From Octopus sinensis (Eukaryota): 64,000 nucleotides of DNA. The stretch covers positions 15,934,001-15,998,000 of the forward strand of contig NC_043023.1 in assembly GCF_006345805.1 (NCBI RefSeq), written 5' to 3'. Made by a program: the position numbers and the translations under genes. Positions 38,955 through 47,994 of the stretch are shown one piece after another. The notes under the pieces were generated by a model. It was given only the letters and a program-made list of their open reading frames with translations. It was not told where the DNA came from and did no database searches. Positions within the stretch are counted from its first letter, which is position 1. Every line of letters begins with the position of its first letter.

Positions 38955-41900
38955 TACTTACACACACACACACACACATAGATACATACACACACACACA
39001 TACATGCAGACATACATATACACATACACCGAGTAAAAAATTACACTGAATCGACCATACATACACATACACACATACATAGATACATAACATACACACA
39101 CACACATACATGCAGACATACATATACACATACACCGAGTAAAAAATTACGATGAATCGGCCATACACACACACATACTTACACACACACATACTTACAC
39201 ACACATACTTACACACACACATAGATACATACACACACACACACACATACATGCAGACATACATATACACATACACCGAGTAAAAAATTACGATGAATCG
39301 GCCATCACACACACATACTTCTTACACACACACATACTTACACACCACATAGATACATACACACACACACACACATACATGCAGACATACATATACACAT
39401 ACACCGAGTAAAAAATTACGATGAATCGGCCATACATACATACATACATACATAAACACACACACAACATAGATACATACACACACCACAACACATACAT
39501 GCATACATACATATACACATACACCGAGTAAAAAATTACGATGAATCGGCCATACACAACACACATACTTACACACACACATACTTACACACACACATAG
39601 ATACATACACACACACACACACACATACATGCAGACATACATATACACATACACCGAGTAAAAACAGTTATCTCTCTCTTTCACACATTACTCTCTCTGT
39701 CTCTTCGCACACACTAACAAAGCACTTCACTTACACAACATACTGTCTGTCTCCCACACCCCATCAAACACACACAGGCCGATTCAAAGTGAAACCTTCT
39801 CGTCATAAATCGCTTCCTCTTAGTCTCTTTCGCTCTCATTACTTATGTAAAAAAATAAAAGTTTTTTACGGAAATCGACGGAAATCTGATCTACGACATG
39901 CGAAACTTCGCCACAAAAATATCTTTAAATGATTATTCCGGAGCATATTCACCATCTACGTCAATTATTCCTTCTCATTTGAGTTGGTAGACGGCCAGAT
40001 CGTCATTTAAAGATGCTTTTGTTAAATATTGTTACTGTTTTTGTAGAGTAAAATTTGCTGAGAAAAAAAAAAAAAAAAAAGCAATAATTTACGCCGTGCC
40101 AACCACTGAAGAATCTTGTCTCGTGATTCGGTTAATTGAGTGATATTTCAGGATCCCTCCAAAATTGATCCACGGTTGAGGATTTAAAGTTCCAGAATAA
40201 CGAATTGTGGTGCCGCTGGTCTTTCAACGTACTAAAGAATGACGTCGTTGGCACTAGCCACGTAGACTGGAACGGTGCGCGCATCCGGGCTAGCCAGTCG
40301 GAAGTAGTCGATCCTACAGCGACTGGCGTATGCAAATGAGCTGATGGGCGCAACACTGCAAAAACTAAGTTAATAGCGAGCCCCTACTGTAGCTCAGGAA
40401 ATATTTTTCAACGATATACGGTGTATATTATTTTAAAGACAATTACGTTTTTTGTTTTTCGTTACAAAACAATTAGAAGCATTGAAAAACATTTTTTTTT
40501 TCAAAGTAGACCCCTACAGGCGACAATTCACTTGGGTTTCCTTCGAATAGCTACGGCAAACTTCGTTAACCATTCAGCTATGCTCGTTCTCTTTCAACTG
40601 GAATTTAATCCCTGACCAACCCTAAATTATTAGACATTTTGGTCGTGGCCATCCCGCTTTGTTGTAAATCCAATACTGCGTTGTTCAGTTTGACTTTAAA
40701 AAAAGAATTTTACAAAAATTTTTGGAAATTTTTTTCAGAATTATAATCTTCGTATTTTTCCGCATATTTTGGGAGAAAAAAAATTATGAAAAAGTTGAAA
40801 AATTAAAGAAATGTGGGGTGGTAATTTAAAAATGCCGATTTTTGCAGATTCGTATTCCCCGTAGCTGAAAAGGGGGTGTTTATGTCGAATAAAAGAAAAA
40901 TGGTTGTTGACAGTTACAAAAAATATGAGTGCCAAAATGGCGAGACTTCCTTTTGTACCCTGAACCCCAACTTGTTTCATTTTATTTTTAGTCTTGCCTT
41001 TCTTTGCTATTTTGACTTTTTTCACCCCAAACACTAACCCTAAAACTCTAACCGTAACTACAGAAATATTTTGAAATTTTTGTCCGAATCAGAATGTCCG
41101 TTTTTCCGGTTAACCGTTTTTTTTATCTGCATATTTAGAAAAAAAAAGAAATTCTCTTAAAAAAAGAATTTTACAAAAATGTTTGGAAATTTTTTTCAGA
41201 ATCGTAATCTTCGTATTTTTCCGCATATTTTGAAAAAGAAAATTTCTGAAAAAAGTTTAAAAATTAAGGAAATGGGGTCATTTAAAAATGCCGATTTTTG
41301 CCATTTCGTATTCCCCGTAGTTTGTGTCCAAGAGAAAAAGATGTTTTATTTTGACACATTCTACCCAGTATACAAAGTTTTAAAGTGTTTAGTTAACTAG
41401 AAATTGTGTTGAAAACTGCCGTTCAAAAGGAAAAGATCCAAAATGGTTGTTGACAGTTACAAAAAATATTGAGTGCCAAAATGGCGAGACTTCCTTTTGT
41501 ACCCTGAACCCCAAACTCGTTTCATTTTATTTTTAGTCTTGCCTTTCTTTGCTATTTTGACTTTGCTGTTATTTCTGCACTCATTTGTTTTTTGTAACTT
41601 TCGTTAAAAATAAAAAAAAAAAAACTTGAAGACCGAGGGAAAAAAAAAAACCGTTAACCGTTAAAACGAACATTCTGATTCGGACAAAAATTTCAAAATA
41701 TTTCTGTAGTTACGGTTAGGGTTAGTGTTTGGGGGGAAAAAAGTAAAAAATAGCAAAGAAAGGCAAGACTAAAAATAAAATGAAACGAGTTTGGGGTTCA
41801 GGGTACAAAAGGAAGTCTTGCCATTTTGGCACTCAATATTTTTTGTAACTGTCAACAACCATTTTGGATCTTTTCTTTTTGAACGGCAGTTTTCAACACA

Positions 41901-43870
41901 ATTTCTAGTTAACTAAACACTTTAAAACTTTGTATACTGGGTAGAATGTGTCAAAATAAAACATTTTTTTCTCTTGGACACAAACTACGGGGAATACGAA
42001 TCTGCAAAAAAAATTGGCAAAAATCGGCAGTTTTAAATGACCACACCCCCATTTCCTTAATTTTAAAACTTTTTTCAGAAATTTTCTTTTTCAAAATATG
42101 CGGAAAAATACGAAGATTACGATTCTGAAAAAAATTTCCAAACATTTTTGTAAAATTCCTTTTTTAAGAGAATTTCTTTTTTTTCTAAATATGCAGAAAA
42201 AAAAACCGGTTAACCGGAAAAACGGACATTCTGATTCGGACAAAAATTTCAAAATATTTCTGTAGTTACGGTTAGGGTTTTAGGGTTAGTGTTTGGGGTG
42301 AAAAAAGTCAAAATTGAAGAATTGTGTTGGTGGATGGATTTCACGATGCCGATTTCTGGCAATTTTCCGGAACCTCGGCAGAAAAAAAAATTGGGAGATA
42401 ATAAGGGGCGGGCGGAAGTCTTTCCCCTTTCTTCTTAGCGTTAGAGTCAGGGTTGGGAGGTATTGGCTGAAGCGTTAGCACGCTGAGGGAAATGCTTCGT
42501 GGTATTTCGTCTGCGTTACGTTGTGAGTTCAAATTCCGCCGAGGTCGACTTTGCCTTTCATCCTTTCGGGGTCGAAAAATTAAGTACCGGTTACGCACTG
42601 GGGTCGATGTAATCTACTTAATACCTATGTCTGTCCTTGTTTGTCCGCTCTGTGTTTAGTCCCTTGTGGGTAATAAAGAAATAGGTATTTTTTTTAAAAA
42701 TTGTAATTTTACAAAATTTTTTCATACTTTTCTACGAATTTCACAAAGAAAAAAGAAAAATCCTGAAAAAAGTGAAAATTGAAGAATGGAGTGGGTGGCG
42801 TGAGTTCAAATAAAAATTCTAAACAAAGACAGACAAACGGATTAAGTCGATTATATCGACCCCAATGCGTAACTGGTACTTATTTAATCGACCCCGAAAG
42901 GATGAAAGGCAAAGTCGACCTCGAGTTCAAATTCCGCCCAGGTCGACTTTGCCTTTCATCCTTTCGGGATCGATAAACTAAGTACCAGTTACGCAAGGGA
43001 GGTCGATATAATCGACTTAATCTGTGTGTCTTTCCATCTTTGTCCCCTCTGCGTTTAGCCCCTGGTGGGTAGTAAAGAAATGGAAATTAAAATTCTAAAA
43101 TGCCGCCTGTCGGGATGAATCGGGACCTTTGTATTTAAATAGAGCCAAGAGGAATTCCACCACACACACACACACACACAACCATCTTTGGCGATCTTTC
43201 GTCTCTAGTAGACCTTTCCGTCGATTTCCGTAAAAAATTTTTTGTTTTACATATGGGCTTGCGGGAACTTTTGAAGTAATATACATACATATACACATAC
43301 ACCGAGTAAAAAATTTCAGTTATCTCTTTCTTTCACACATTACTCTGTCTCTTCACTTACACAACATACTGTCTGTCTCCCACACCCCATCAAACACACA
43401 CACACACATGTACATCAATGCTTTCCATGCACGGTAACTTCAAAAGAACTTCCCTCATCATACAATCGCTTTCTCTTAGTCTCTTTCGCTCTCATTACTT
43501 CAAAAGTTCCCGCAAGCCCATATGTAAAAAAAAAATATTTTTTTACGGAAATCGACGGAAAGGTCTACTAGAGACGAAAGATTGCCCTGTTACTTTTTAA
43601 TCCTAAACGCCGAAAATGATTGGTGTGCATATTTTTTTAACCTTCGTCTCACTTTTTAAACAGACTAACCTACTTCGACGAGGGTCAGGAACGGTTTATT
43701 TCGAGAATTTTGTATTTCAGCGATTTAAAATGTCACGTATGTATTTATGTATTATTAAGTAGATGGTTGGATGTAGAATATTAGATACTGTCGGTTTATT
43801 AAATGAATAATAAGGAACTTACCTCTAAACGGTGCAGAAGCTTTTCGACTGAATTCAAATAACCCGCCAT
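9614..43870 (-). CDS. HAUS7: HAUS augmin-like complex subunit 7, 10 coding exons: 43823-43870, 30938-31044, 28739-28806, 25400-25461, 22053-22129, 20232-20450, 18099-18201, 15444-15653, 12641-12728, 9614-9717 (1086 nt, 361 aa)
   Basis: All introns are GT..AG and all nine junction phases match, giving one open frame (MAGYLNSVEKLLHRLEDLDCPHVVGID...GYLSV*). Segments LEDLDCPH, FCGPDRMDLIKGTASKRDQLQLFSLLLDVV and FHTCYDNELVSWCRMP...LGTILDRLY resemble vertebrate HAUS7 as recalled (LKDLNCPF, LCAPDDQELLKG..QLHFMDQLLD, FLQVYDDELGECC.RP). No BLAST was run. Confidence 0.88.
9826..10392 (-). mobile_element. SINE family 3 with an internal 170-bp triplication
   Basis: Head GAGCTGGCAGAATCATTAGCACGCCGGG...GAGTTCAAATTC and core GCCTTTCATCCTTTCGGGGTCGATAAATTAAGTACC. 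Units start at about 9841, 10011 and 10181. An oppositely oriented copy lies at about 10430-10640. Confidence 0.85.
10940..12238 (+). mobile_element. SINE-like family 2 (ends ...CCAACCCATGCTAGCATGGAA..CGGACGTTAAAC(GAT)n) with an expanded internal minisatellite
   Basis: The same body and tail occur at 14760-14975, 17228-17385, 21300-21555, 50515-50975 and 51260-52040 (+) and at 20855-21140, 53065-53240, 54965-55105 and 57625-58205 (-). Confidence 0.85.
10990..12068. repeat. GC-rich minisatellite, 62-bp unit, about 17 copies
   Basis: Unit gccgttgccagcctcgactggccctcgtgccggtggcacataaaaagcaccatccgattgtg, nearly homogeneous. It explains the long repetitive minus-strand ORFs. Confidence 0.97.
12641..12728 (-). 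CDS. HAUS7: HAUS7 exon 9: MMGTFESIRATTLQLEDLDTVKPGRDTTL
   Basis: Acceptor ttgacag, donor gtaagt; starts in phase 0, ends in phase 1. Confidence 0.85.
12781..13196 (-). mobile_element. SINE family 1, full length
   Basis: Complete head, (TA/CA)n middle and tail. Confidence 0.92.
13210..14512 (+). mobile_element. Five tandem CR1 3'-end fragments
   Basis: Repeated ...AFSVRVADPWNKLP... plus 3' UTR units separated by (TA)n. Units 2-3 are duplicated as units 4-5. Confidence 0.9.
15444..15653 (-). CDS. HAUS7: HAUS7 exon 8: YVYNPFTSEELTEVCHKLD...LYTKMDSFAL
   Basis: Polypyrimidine tract plus tgcag acceptor, donor gtaagt, 210 nt, phase 0/0. Confidence 0.92.
15730..17140. repeat. Tandem repeat, about 120-150-bp unit, about 11 copies, in HAUS7 intron 7
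   Basis: Recurring tacattagataatgtagtcctagatacactatgcctgaataaaagatgggatggtcacagctgg...ggatcaggactgacccag. The 3'-most units are homogenised at 120 bp. Confidence 0.93.
18099..18201 (-). CDS. HAUS7: HAUS7 exon 7: NRIADLVKGYESTLETLQQELAEKSQELEVIKDM
   Basis: ttttccag acceptor, gtaagt donor, phase 2/0, coiled-coil-like sequence. Confidence 0.92.
18400..19265 (+). mobile_element. Second CR1/L2-type LINE 3' end, two tandem copies plus a tail (another copy at about 50130-50490)
   Basis: Encodes ...HGFRKHFF.LRVAEAWNKLPASVVSCRSTASFKTSMLPEIRQHYT* followed by a 3' UTR ending in (ATT)n. Confidence 0.85.
19620..19762 (+). mobile_element. Helitron 3' terminal fragment
   Basis: Ends with the CCCGAGCAACGCCGGG hairpin, then CAATACTG-CTAG|T. 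Confidence 0.8.
20232..20450 (-). CDS. HAUS7: HAUS7 exon 6: CCGVINDFP...QQRNTEDLS
   Basis: ctcccaag acceptor, gtaagt donor, 219 nt, phase 2/2. Confidence 0.9.
20468..20836 (-). mobile_element. SINE family 1, full length, abutting the HAUS7 exon 6 acceptor
   Basis: Complete head and tail. The tail ends about 16 nt from the AG at 20451-20452. Confidence 0.9.
22053..22129 (-). CDS. HAUS7: HAUS7 exon 5: GTASKRDQLQLFSLLLDVVEVSHSE
   Basis: ttttttaag acceptor, gtaagt donor, phase 0/2. Confidence 0.9.
22221..22600 (-). mobile_element. Non-autonomous Helitron (type B)
   Basis: The minus strand starts TCTCTATATATAAACGGC and ends with the CCCGAGCAACGCCGGG hairpin plus CTAG|T. A near-identical copy lies at 44486-44851. 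Confidence 0.88.
22611..24360 (+). mobile_element. Array of nine head-to-tail SINE family 1 heads (about 170 bp each) ending in one complete tail
   Basis: Units start at about 22611, 22781, 22951, 23121, 23287, 23457, 23627, 23797 and 23964, and share private variants. Confidence 0.95.
24640..25295 (+). mobile_element. CR1-clade LINE, 5'-truncated, degenerate ORF2 C-terminus
   Basis: GILVDSSFSPSAQCVHAANKARGVLFLIRRSF...LYVTLVRPILEYG...LERVQKLATRMV.GLKHLSYEERLKTLDLFSLEKRR.YGDLI is typical CR1 post-RT sequence. It has a stop and a frameshift downstream, and an (AACTT) tail. Confidence 0.92.
25400..25461 (-). CDS. HAUS7: HAUS7 exon 4: LLMLLSSLGFCGPDRMDLIK
   Basis: tcacag acceptor, gtaaga donor, phase 1/0. 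Confidence 0.9.
25558..27419. mobile_element. Six tandem copies of a piggyBac-like MITE (about 225 bp plus a 24-bp spacer)
   Basis: Units are bounded by TTAA|CCCTTTTG ... CAAAAGGG|TTAA. The third copy is interrupted by a Helitron. Confidence 0.8.
26237..26610 (-). mobile_element. Non-autonomous Helitron (type C) inserted in the MITE array
   Basis: 5' TC and 3' CTAG. It splits tttaaaa|ttaattg, an A|T site on the minus strand, with no TSD. Confidence 0.85.
27851..28635 (+). mobile_element. SINE family 1: three tandem heads plus a tail
   Basis: Heads at about 27851, 28057 and 28261. Confidence 0.9.
28739..28806 (-). CDS. HAUS7: HAUS7 exon 3: IEPTMLVSIDTTAHFDNESLRK
   Basis: cacttag acceptor, gtaact donor, phase 2/1. 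Confidence 0.88.
28967..29940 (-). mobile_element. Three head-to-tail non-autonomous Helitrons (type A)
   Basis: Repeated (c/a)tagcagtatcgcccggcgttg...aaacctaccatacacagacaacttcagctttatata units. Two further tandem copies lie at 47068-47835. Confidence 0.88.
30295..30615 (+). mobile_element. Fragment of the unclassified GGATC-ended family
   Basis: Ends aaaaactgccgttcaaaccgaaaagatcc and shares its body with 48723-49116. Confidence 0.7.
30938..31044 (-). CDS. HAUS7: HAUS7 exon 2: DLDCPHVVGIDRNWILDQLVNPSEERTKIIAWLLR
   Basis: ttttaccag acceptor, gtaggt donor, phase 0/2. Confidence 0.92.
31900..32010. promoter_or_regulatory. CpG-rich cluster of GCGCATGCGC (NRF1/EWG-type) motifs
   Basis: gcgcatgcgca at about 31929 and gcgcgcatgcgcg at about 31978, plus related half-sites, in an otherwise very AT-rich intron. 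Function is not shown. Confidence 0.35.
32050..38150. repeat. Complex of nested inverted and direct repeats in HAUS7 intron 1
   Basis: Hairpins at 32053-32388 and 36763-37024; inverted arms at 32845-33464/34151-34625 and 34650-35122/35288-35790; a direct duplication 32390-32850 = 37025-37480; internal subrepeats of about 100 bp. Confidence 0.9.
36082..36455 (+). mobile_element. SINE family 1
   Basis: Slightly deleted head plus a full tail. Confidence 0.9.
38549..40105. mobile_element. Mariner-derived MITE interrupted by a 1.3-kb insertion
   Basis: Left end TTGGGTTGGTGCATAATTATTGC. The internal segment encodes a mariner-type C-terminus (...DGEYAPE* on the minus strand). An uninterrupted relative lies at 49848-50090. 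Confidence 0.75.
38628..39912. mobile_element. Non-autonomous long-TIR element, Merlin-like (GG termini, 8-bp TSD), with a CA-rich internal minisatellite
   Basis: It starts GGC at 38628 and ends GCC at 39912. A direct repeat ACAAAAAT lies at 38620-38627 and 39913-39920, and the imperfect TIRs are about 200 bp. Confidence 0.7.
40690..42312. repeat. Large palindrome built from a 465-bp unit related to the GGATC family
   Basis: 41010-41560 is the reverse complement of about 41745-42312. Direct units lie at about 40697-41160 and 41160-41560. It contains ctgccgttcaaa..gaaaagatcc and taaccctaa motifs. Confidence 0.9.
42465..43085 (+). mobile_element. SINE family 3 copies, including a back-to-back pair
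   Basis: Core gaggtcgactttgcctttcatcctttcggggtcg at 42541, with an inverted pair around 42905-42960. Confidence 0.8.
43190..43586. mobile_element. MITE related to the 38628-39912 element
   Basis: About 90-bp TIRs GGCGATCTTTCGTCTCTAGTAGACC... / ...GGTCTACTAGAGACGAAAGATTGCC and a shared internal caccgagtaaaaa motif. No TSD is visible. Confidence 0.75.
43823..43870 (-). CDS. HAUS7: HAUS7 exon 1 coding part: MAGYLNSVEKLLHRLE
   Basis: ATG in the context gaaATGGCGG, donor gtaagt at 43817-43822, phase 0 joining DLDCP. Confidence 0.82.
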
Positions 43871-43924
43871 TTCAAAGTAACGCGGAAACTGAAAATGACT
43901 TCAGAGTGTATCAGATGAAGTGAG

Positions 43925-44206
43925 AAAGGGGGAGGTGAGACAGAATTAATGAGGGTATAAGGAGGAGACTGATGTGGTGAGAGAGAGAGAGAGAGAAAGA
44001 TATATATAGAAGGGGAGGTGAGACTGAATAAATGAGGGGAAAAGGAAGAGACTGACGTGGTGAGAGAGAGAGAAATATATATGGAAGGGGGAGGTGAGAC
44101 AAAATAAATGAGGGGAAAAGGAGGAGACTGACGTAGTAAGAGAGAGAGAGATATAGAAGGGGAGGTGAGACTGAATGACTGAGGGGAAAAGGAGGAGACT
44201 GACGTG

Positions 44207-44215
<9 letters not shown>
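43925..44215. repeat. Four purine-rich units of about 75 bp immediately upstream of the HAUS7 start
   Basis: aaggggaggtgagac...gaggggaaaaggaggagactgacgtggtg(ag)n x4. Confidence 0.85.
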
Positions 44216-44255
<40 letters not shown>

Positions 44256-44485
44256 GGGGGAAGTGAAAGAAGGAAGTAGTTATAGTGGGAGGAATGGATA
44301 AATACGGAGGGAAAGGAGTAGAGAGAGAGAGAGACAAAGACTGTATGGGAGGGATAGCAATAGATGTACGGTAAAAGTGGGAGGAAGGAAGGCGGCGACT
44401 GGCAGAATCGTTAGCACGCCGGGCGAAGTGCGTTGCCGTATTTCATCTCAATAAAGCCAAGAGAAAAAGATGTTTTATAAACACA

Positions 44486-44851
44486 CTAGCAGTATCGCCC
44501 GGCGTTGCTCAGGTTTGTAAGGGAAATAACTATAAAGCATTTTTAGAGAGTTATAGCCAAAAAATGGAAAAAAAATTATGGTAAATTTTTTTTGAGAGTT
44601 AAAAAAGGTGGAGTTGCGACCCCTAGACGGTCTGTGGTTTGGGTTTCTGATTCTCGACCCCATGTCGAATTTATCGATTTTTTTCAGAACTGGGGGAACT
44701 TTTCAAAATTTTCGCTGCGTTAGTTTTGAATTATGACATTGGGCTATGTGTGTGTCAAGTTTCATCAGAATCGGTTGAAAGCCGTGGTCAGGGTGAGGGT
44801 ACAACCTAACAGAAACACACACAGACAAACTGCCGTTTAAATAGAGAGAGA
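44486..44851 (-). mobile_element. Non-autonomous Helitron (type B) inserted in a GGATC-family fragment
   Basis: It splits aaacaca|ttctacc (A|T on the minus strand) and has 5' TC and 3' hairpin-CTAG. Confidence 0.88.
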
Positions 44852-45067
44852 TTCTACCAGTATACGAAGTTTAAAAGTGTTTAGTTACGTGGAAATTATT
44901 TTAAAAAACTGCCGGTCAAACGGAAAAGATCCCCAGCCTGTTGTTTCACACTGACATTTATATACTCACAATTAATCTATCTAAATGTCATGCCTACCAC
45001 ATTTACAAATTGCTCTTTCTATGACATCCGTTACACAGTAATTTCACAAGGCTAAGTAGACTTCTTT

Positions 45068-45810
45068 TACTATCTTTTACTTGTTTCAGTCATTTGACTG
45101 CGGCCATGCTGGAGCACCACCTTTAGTCGACCCCCAGGACTTATTCTTTGTAAGCCCAATACTTATTCTATCGGTCTCTTTTTGCCGAACCGCTAAGTGA
45201 CGGGGAAATAAACACACCAGCATCGGTTGTCAAGCAATGCTAGGGAGACAAACACAGACACCCAAACGTACACACACACACACATATATATATATACGTA
45301 TATACGATGGGCTTCTTTCAGTTTCCGTCTACCAAATCCACTCACAAGGCTTTGGTCGGCCCGAGGCTATAGTAAAAGACACTTGCCCAAGATGCCATGC
45401 AGTGGGACTGAACCCGGAACCATGTGGTTGGTAAACAAGCTACCTACCACACAGCCACTCCTGCGCCTGACGGGGAAATAAACACACCAGCATCGGTTGT
45501 CAAGTAATGCTAAGGAGACAAACACAGACACCCAAACGTACACACACACACACATATATATATATACATATATACGACGGGCTTCTTTCAGTTTCCGTCT
45601 CACAAGGTTTTGGTCGGCCCGAGGCTATGGTAGAAGACACTTGCCCAAGGTGCCATGCAGTGGGACTGAACCCGGAACCATGTGGTTGGTAAACAAGCTA
45701 CTTACCACACAGTCACTCCTACACCTTTATGGGCCATGCAGTGGGACTGAACCCGGAACCATGTGGTTGGTAAACAAGCTACCTACCACACAGCCACTCC
45801 TGCGCCTCAC
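45068..45810 (-). mobile_element. SINE family 1 with tandemly duplicated heads
   Basis: A full copy at about 45068-45468 followed by duplicated and partial heads. Confidence 0.88.
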
Positions 45811-46548
45811 ATCTGCTCACATTTGATTAATCTATCTAAATGTCCACGCTTACAGATTACCCCTTTCTATCACATCCGTCTCACACCCTTTCATTAGTAG
45901 TAATTTCACAAGGCTAAGCAGATTGTCAACAAATACATACCGCTAAAATTATATTTTAGTACATGTCAGAAATCTATCAGGATGCAGTGTGGAATCATTC
46001 AAATTGCAGCTGGATAGATACTTAAACCCCATCTCCCAGGATATACACAACGAGCACAAACTGACTCAAACTCGCTCCTACACATGTCAAAATTAAACAG
46101 AGAATACAACCTGGCAACCACACCAGACTCTGAGGGTGGAGTCTTCGACTTGGCCTGAGCATGGACTCAAACTCAAATGAAATGAAATGGGCTGACGTGG
46201 TTTATTTATAATCGTAAATGTAACGAAAATAAATCCCGTTGTTTGAAACTTCGCCTTTCAGTTACACACTTTTCAACATGGCCTAGCAGTTAGAGCAGTG
46301 GACTCGCGGTCGAGGGATCGCGGGTTCGAATCTCAGACCGGGCGATGCGTGTGTTTATGAGCGAAATACCTAAGCTCTGGGAGAAGGTAATGGCCAACTT
46401 CTGCTGACGGATCTTTTCGGTTTGAACGGCAGTTTATTAAAATAATTTCCACGTAACTGAACACTTTTAAACTTCGTATACTGGTAGAATGTGTTTATAA
46501 ATACCAAACCTGCCACACACAGACAACTTCAGCTTTATATATATATGT

Positions 46549-46617
<69 letters not shown>

Positions 46618-46666
46618 TTTGGTATTTATAAACACATTCTACCAGTATATATATATATATATAATA

Positions 46667-46849
46667 TAAAATAAATATAAGAGAGTTGTCATTATATGGC
46701 TCACTCTAGCACTAGTTAATCCAAAAGGTTTCAACCACTAACAATCGTACTGACTTTCATGGGAAACATGTATTTTTGTGGTTGAAACCTTTTGGATTAA
46801 CTAGTGCTAGAGTGAGCCATATAATGACCACTCTCTTATATTTATTTTG
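46667..46849. repeat. Palindrome with about 70-bp arms and a 40-nt loop
   Basis: tatggctcactctagcactagttaatccaaaaggtttcaaccac pairs with gtggttgaaaccttttggattaactagtgctagagtgagccata. Confidence 0.9.
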
Positions 46850-46974
46850 TAAAAATATTATAATATATTATAAAATATTATAATAATCCAGGTTTCTCGG
46901 AGCACTAGGCCACTTGGTGTTGAATAGATATACTATTAAATTAGTATCTAATTCTCTCACCCTTATTAATTAAT

Positions 46975-47067
<93 letters not shown>

Positions 47068-47069
<2 letters not shown>

Positions 47070-47835
47070 AGCAGTATCGCCCGGCGTTGCTCGGGTTTGT
47101 TTCGACCTTTTAGAATTAGAACTTTTGAAAAGTAAAAATTTTGCATTATGTAGCTTGTAATTCTCTTTAAGTGAACATTTTTCTGGTCGAAATACACCGA
47201 AAAGTGGCGACACAACAGTGAAAAGAATCGTAAAAAATAGGAATTTTCATAGAAAAAGCACCTTTTTTATGTAAATAATTTTTAGTGTTAACATTGTCCG
47301 ATTTCAATTTTTTTCTTCTACGGAAGGAAGAGCAAGCCTTCTTCTATCATACTCTCAATTTTGGTCAACTCGCACCGCAGGGTCTCGGAGGAGATAGTGT
47401 TAGTTGAAGGCTACCAAACCTGCCACACACAGACAACTTCAGCTTTATATATATAATAGCAGTATCTCCCGGGTTTGTTTCGACTCTTTAGAATTGGTAT
47501 TTTGAAAAGTAAAAATTTTGCATTATGTAGCTTGTTATTTTCTTTATGTGAACATTTTTCTGATTGAAATACACCGAAAAGTGGCGACACAGCAGTCAAA
47601 AAATCGTAAAAAATAGGGATTTTCATAGAAAAAAACACCTTTTTTTATGTATGTAATTTTTGGTGTTAACATGGTCTGATTTGAATTTTTCTTCTACGGA
47701 AGGAAGAGCAATCCTTCTTCTATCATGTTCTCAATTTTGGTCAACTTGTGCCGCAGGGTCTCGGAGGAGATGGTGTTAGTTGAAGGCTACCAAACCTGCC
47801 ACACAGACAACTTCAGCTTTATATATAGAGAGAGA
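47068..47835 (-). mobile_element. Two tandem Helitrons (type A)
   Basis: CTAG 3' end plus hairpin at 47068-47095; the second unit starts at about 47456. Confidence 0.88.
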
Positions 47836-47994
47836 TTTTTATATTAGAACATATACACATTTGCCTCCCTTGTATCACTGGACGCCTTCTGTCGTTTTTT
47901 TTTTTTTTGCTTTTTCTCAGAATTTTCAATTTTATCATGAGAAAGTGAAACTAAAGTTCTCTTACAATTCATTTTTTATTCATTTATTTAAACT

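Noticed and set aside
38707-39684. Cys/Val/Tyr-rich and His/Thr-rich ORFs (also 52421-52899)
   Set aside because: They are artefacts of (CA)/(TA) microsatellites.
41030-42295. TTAGGG/TAACCC motifs as interstitial telomere
   Set aside because: There are only 1-3 scattered units, embedded in the repeat family consensus, and no telomeric array.
42400-42422. GC-box plus ETS-like motif (ggggcgggcggaagt)
   Set aside because: It is an isolated short match between repeats with no other promoter evidence.
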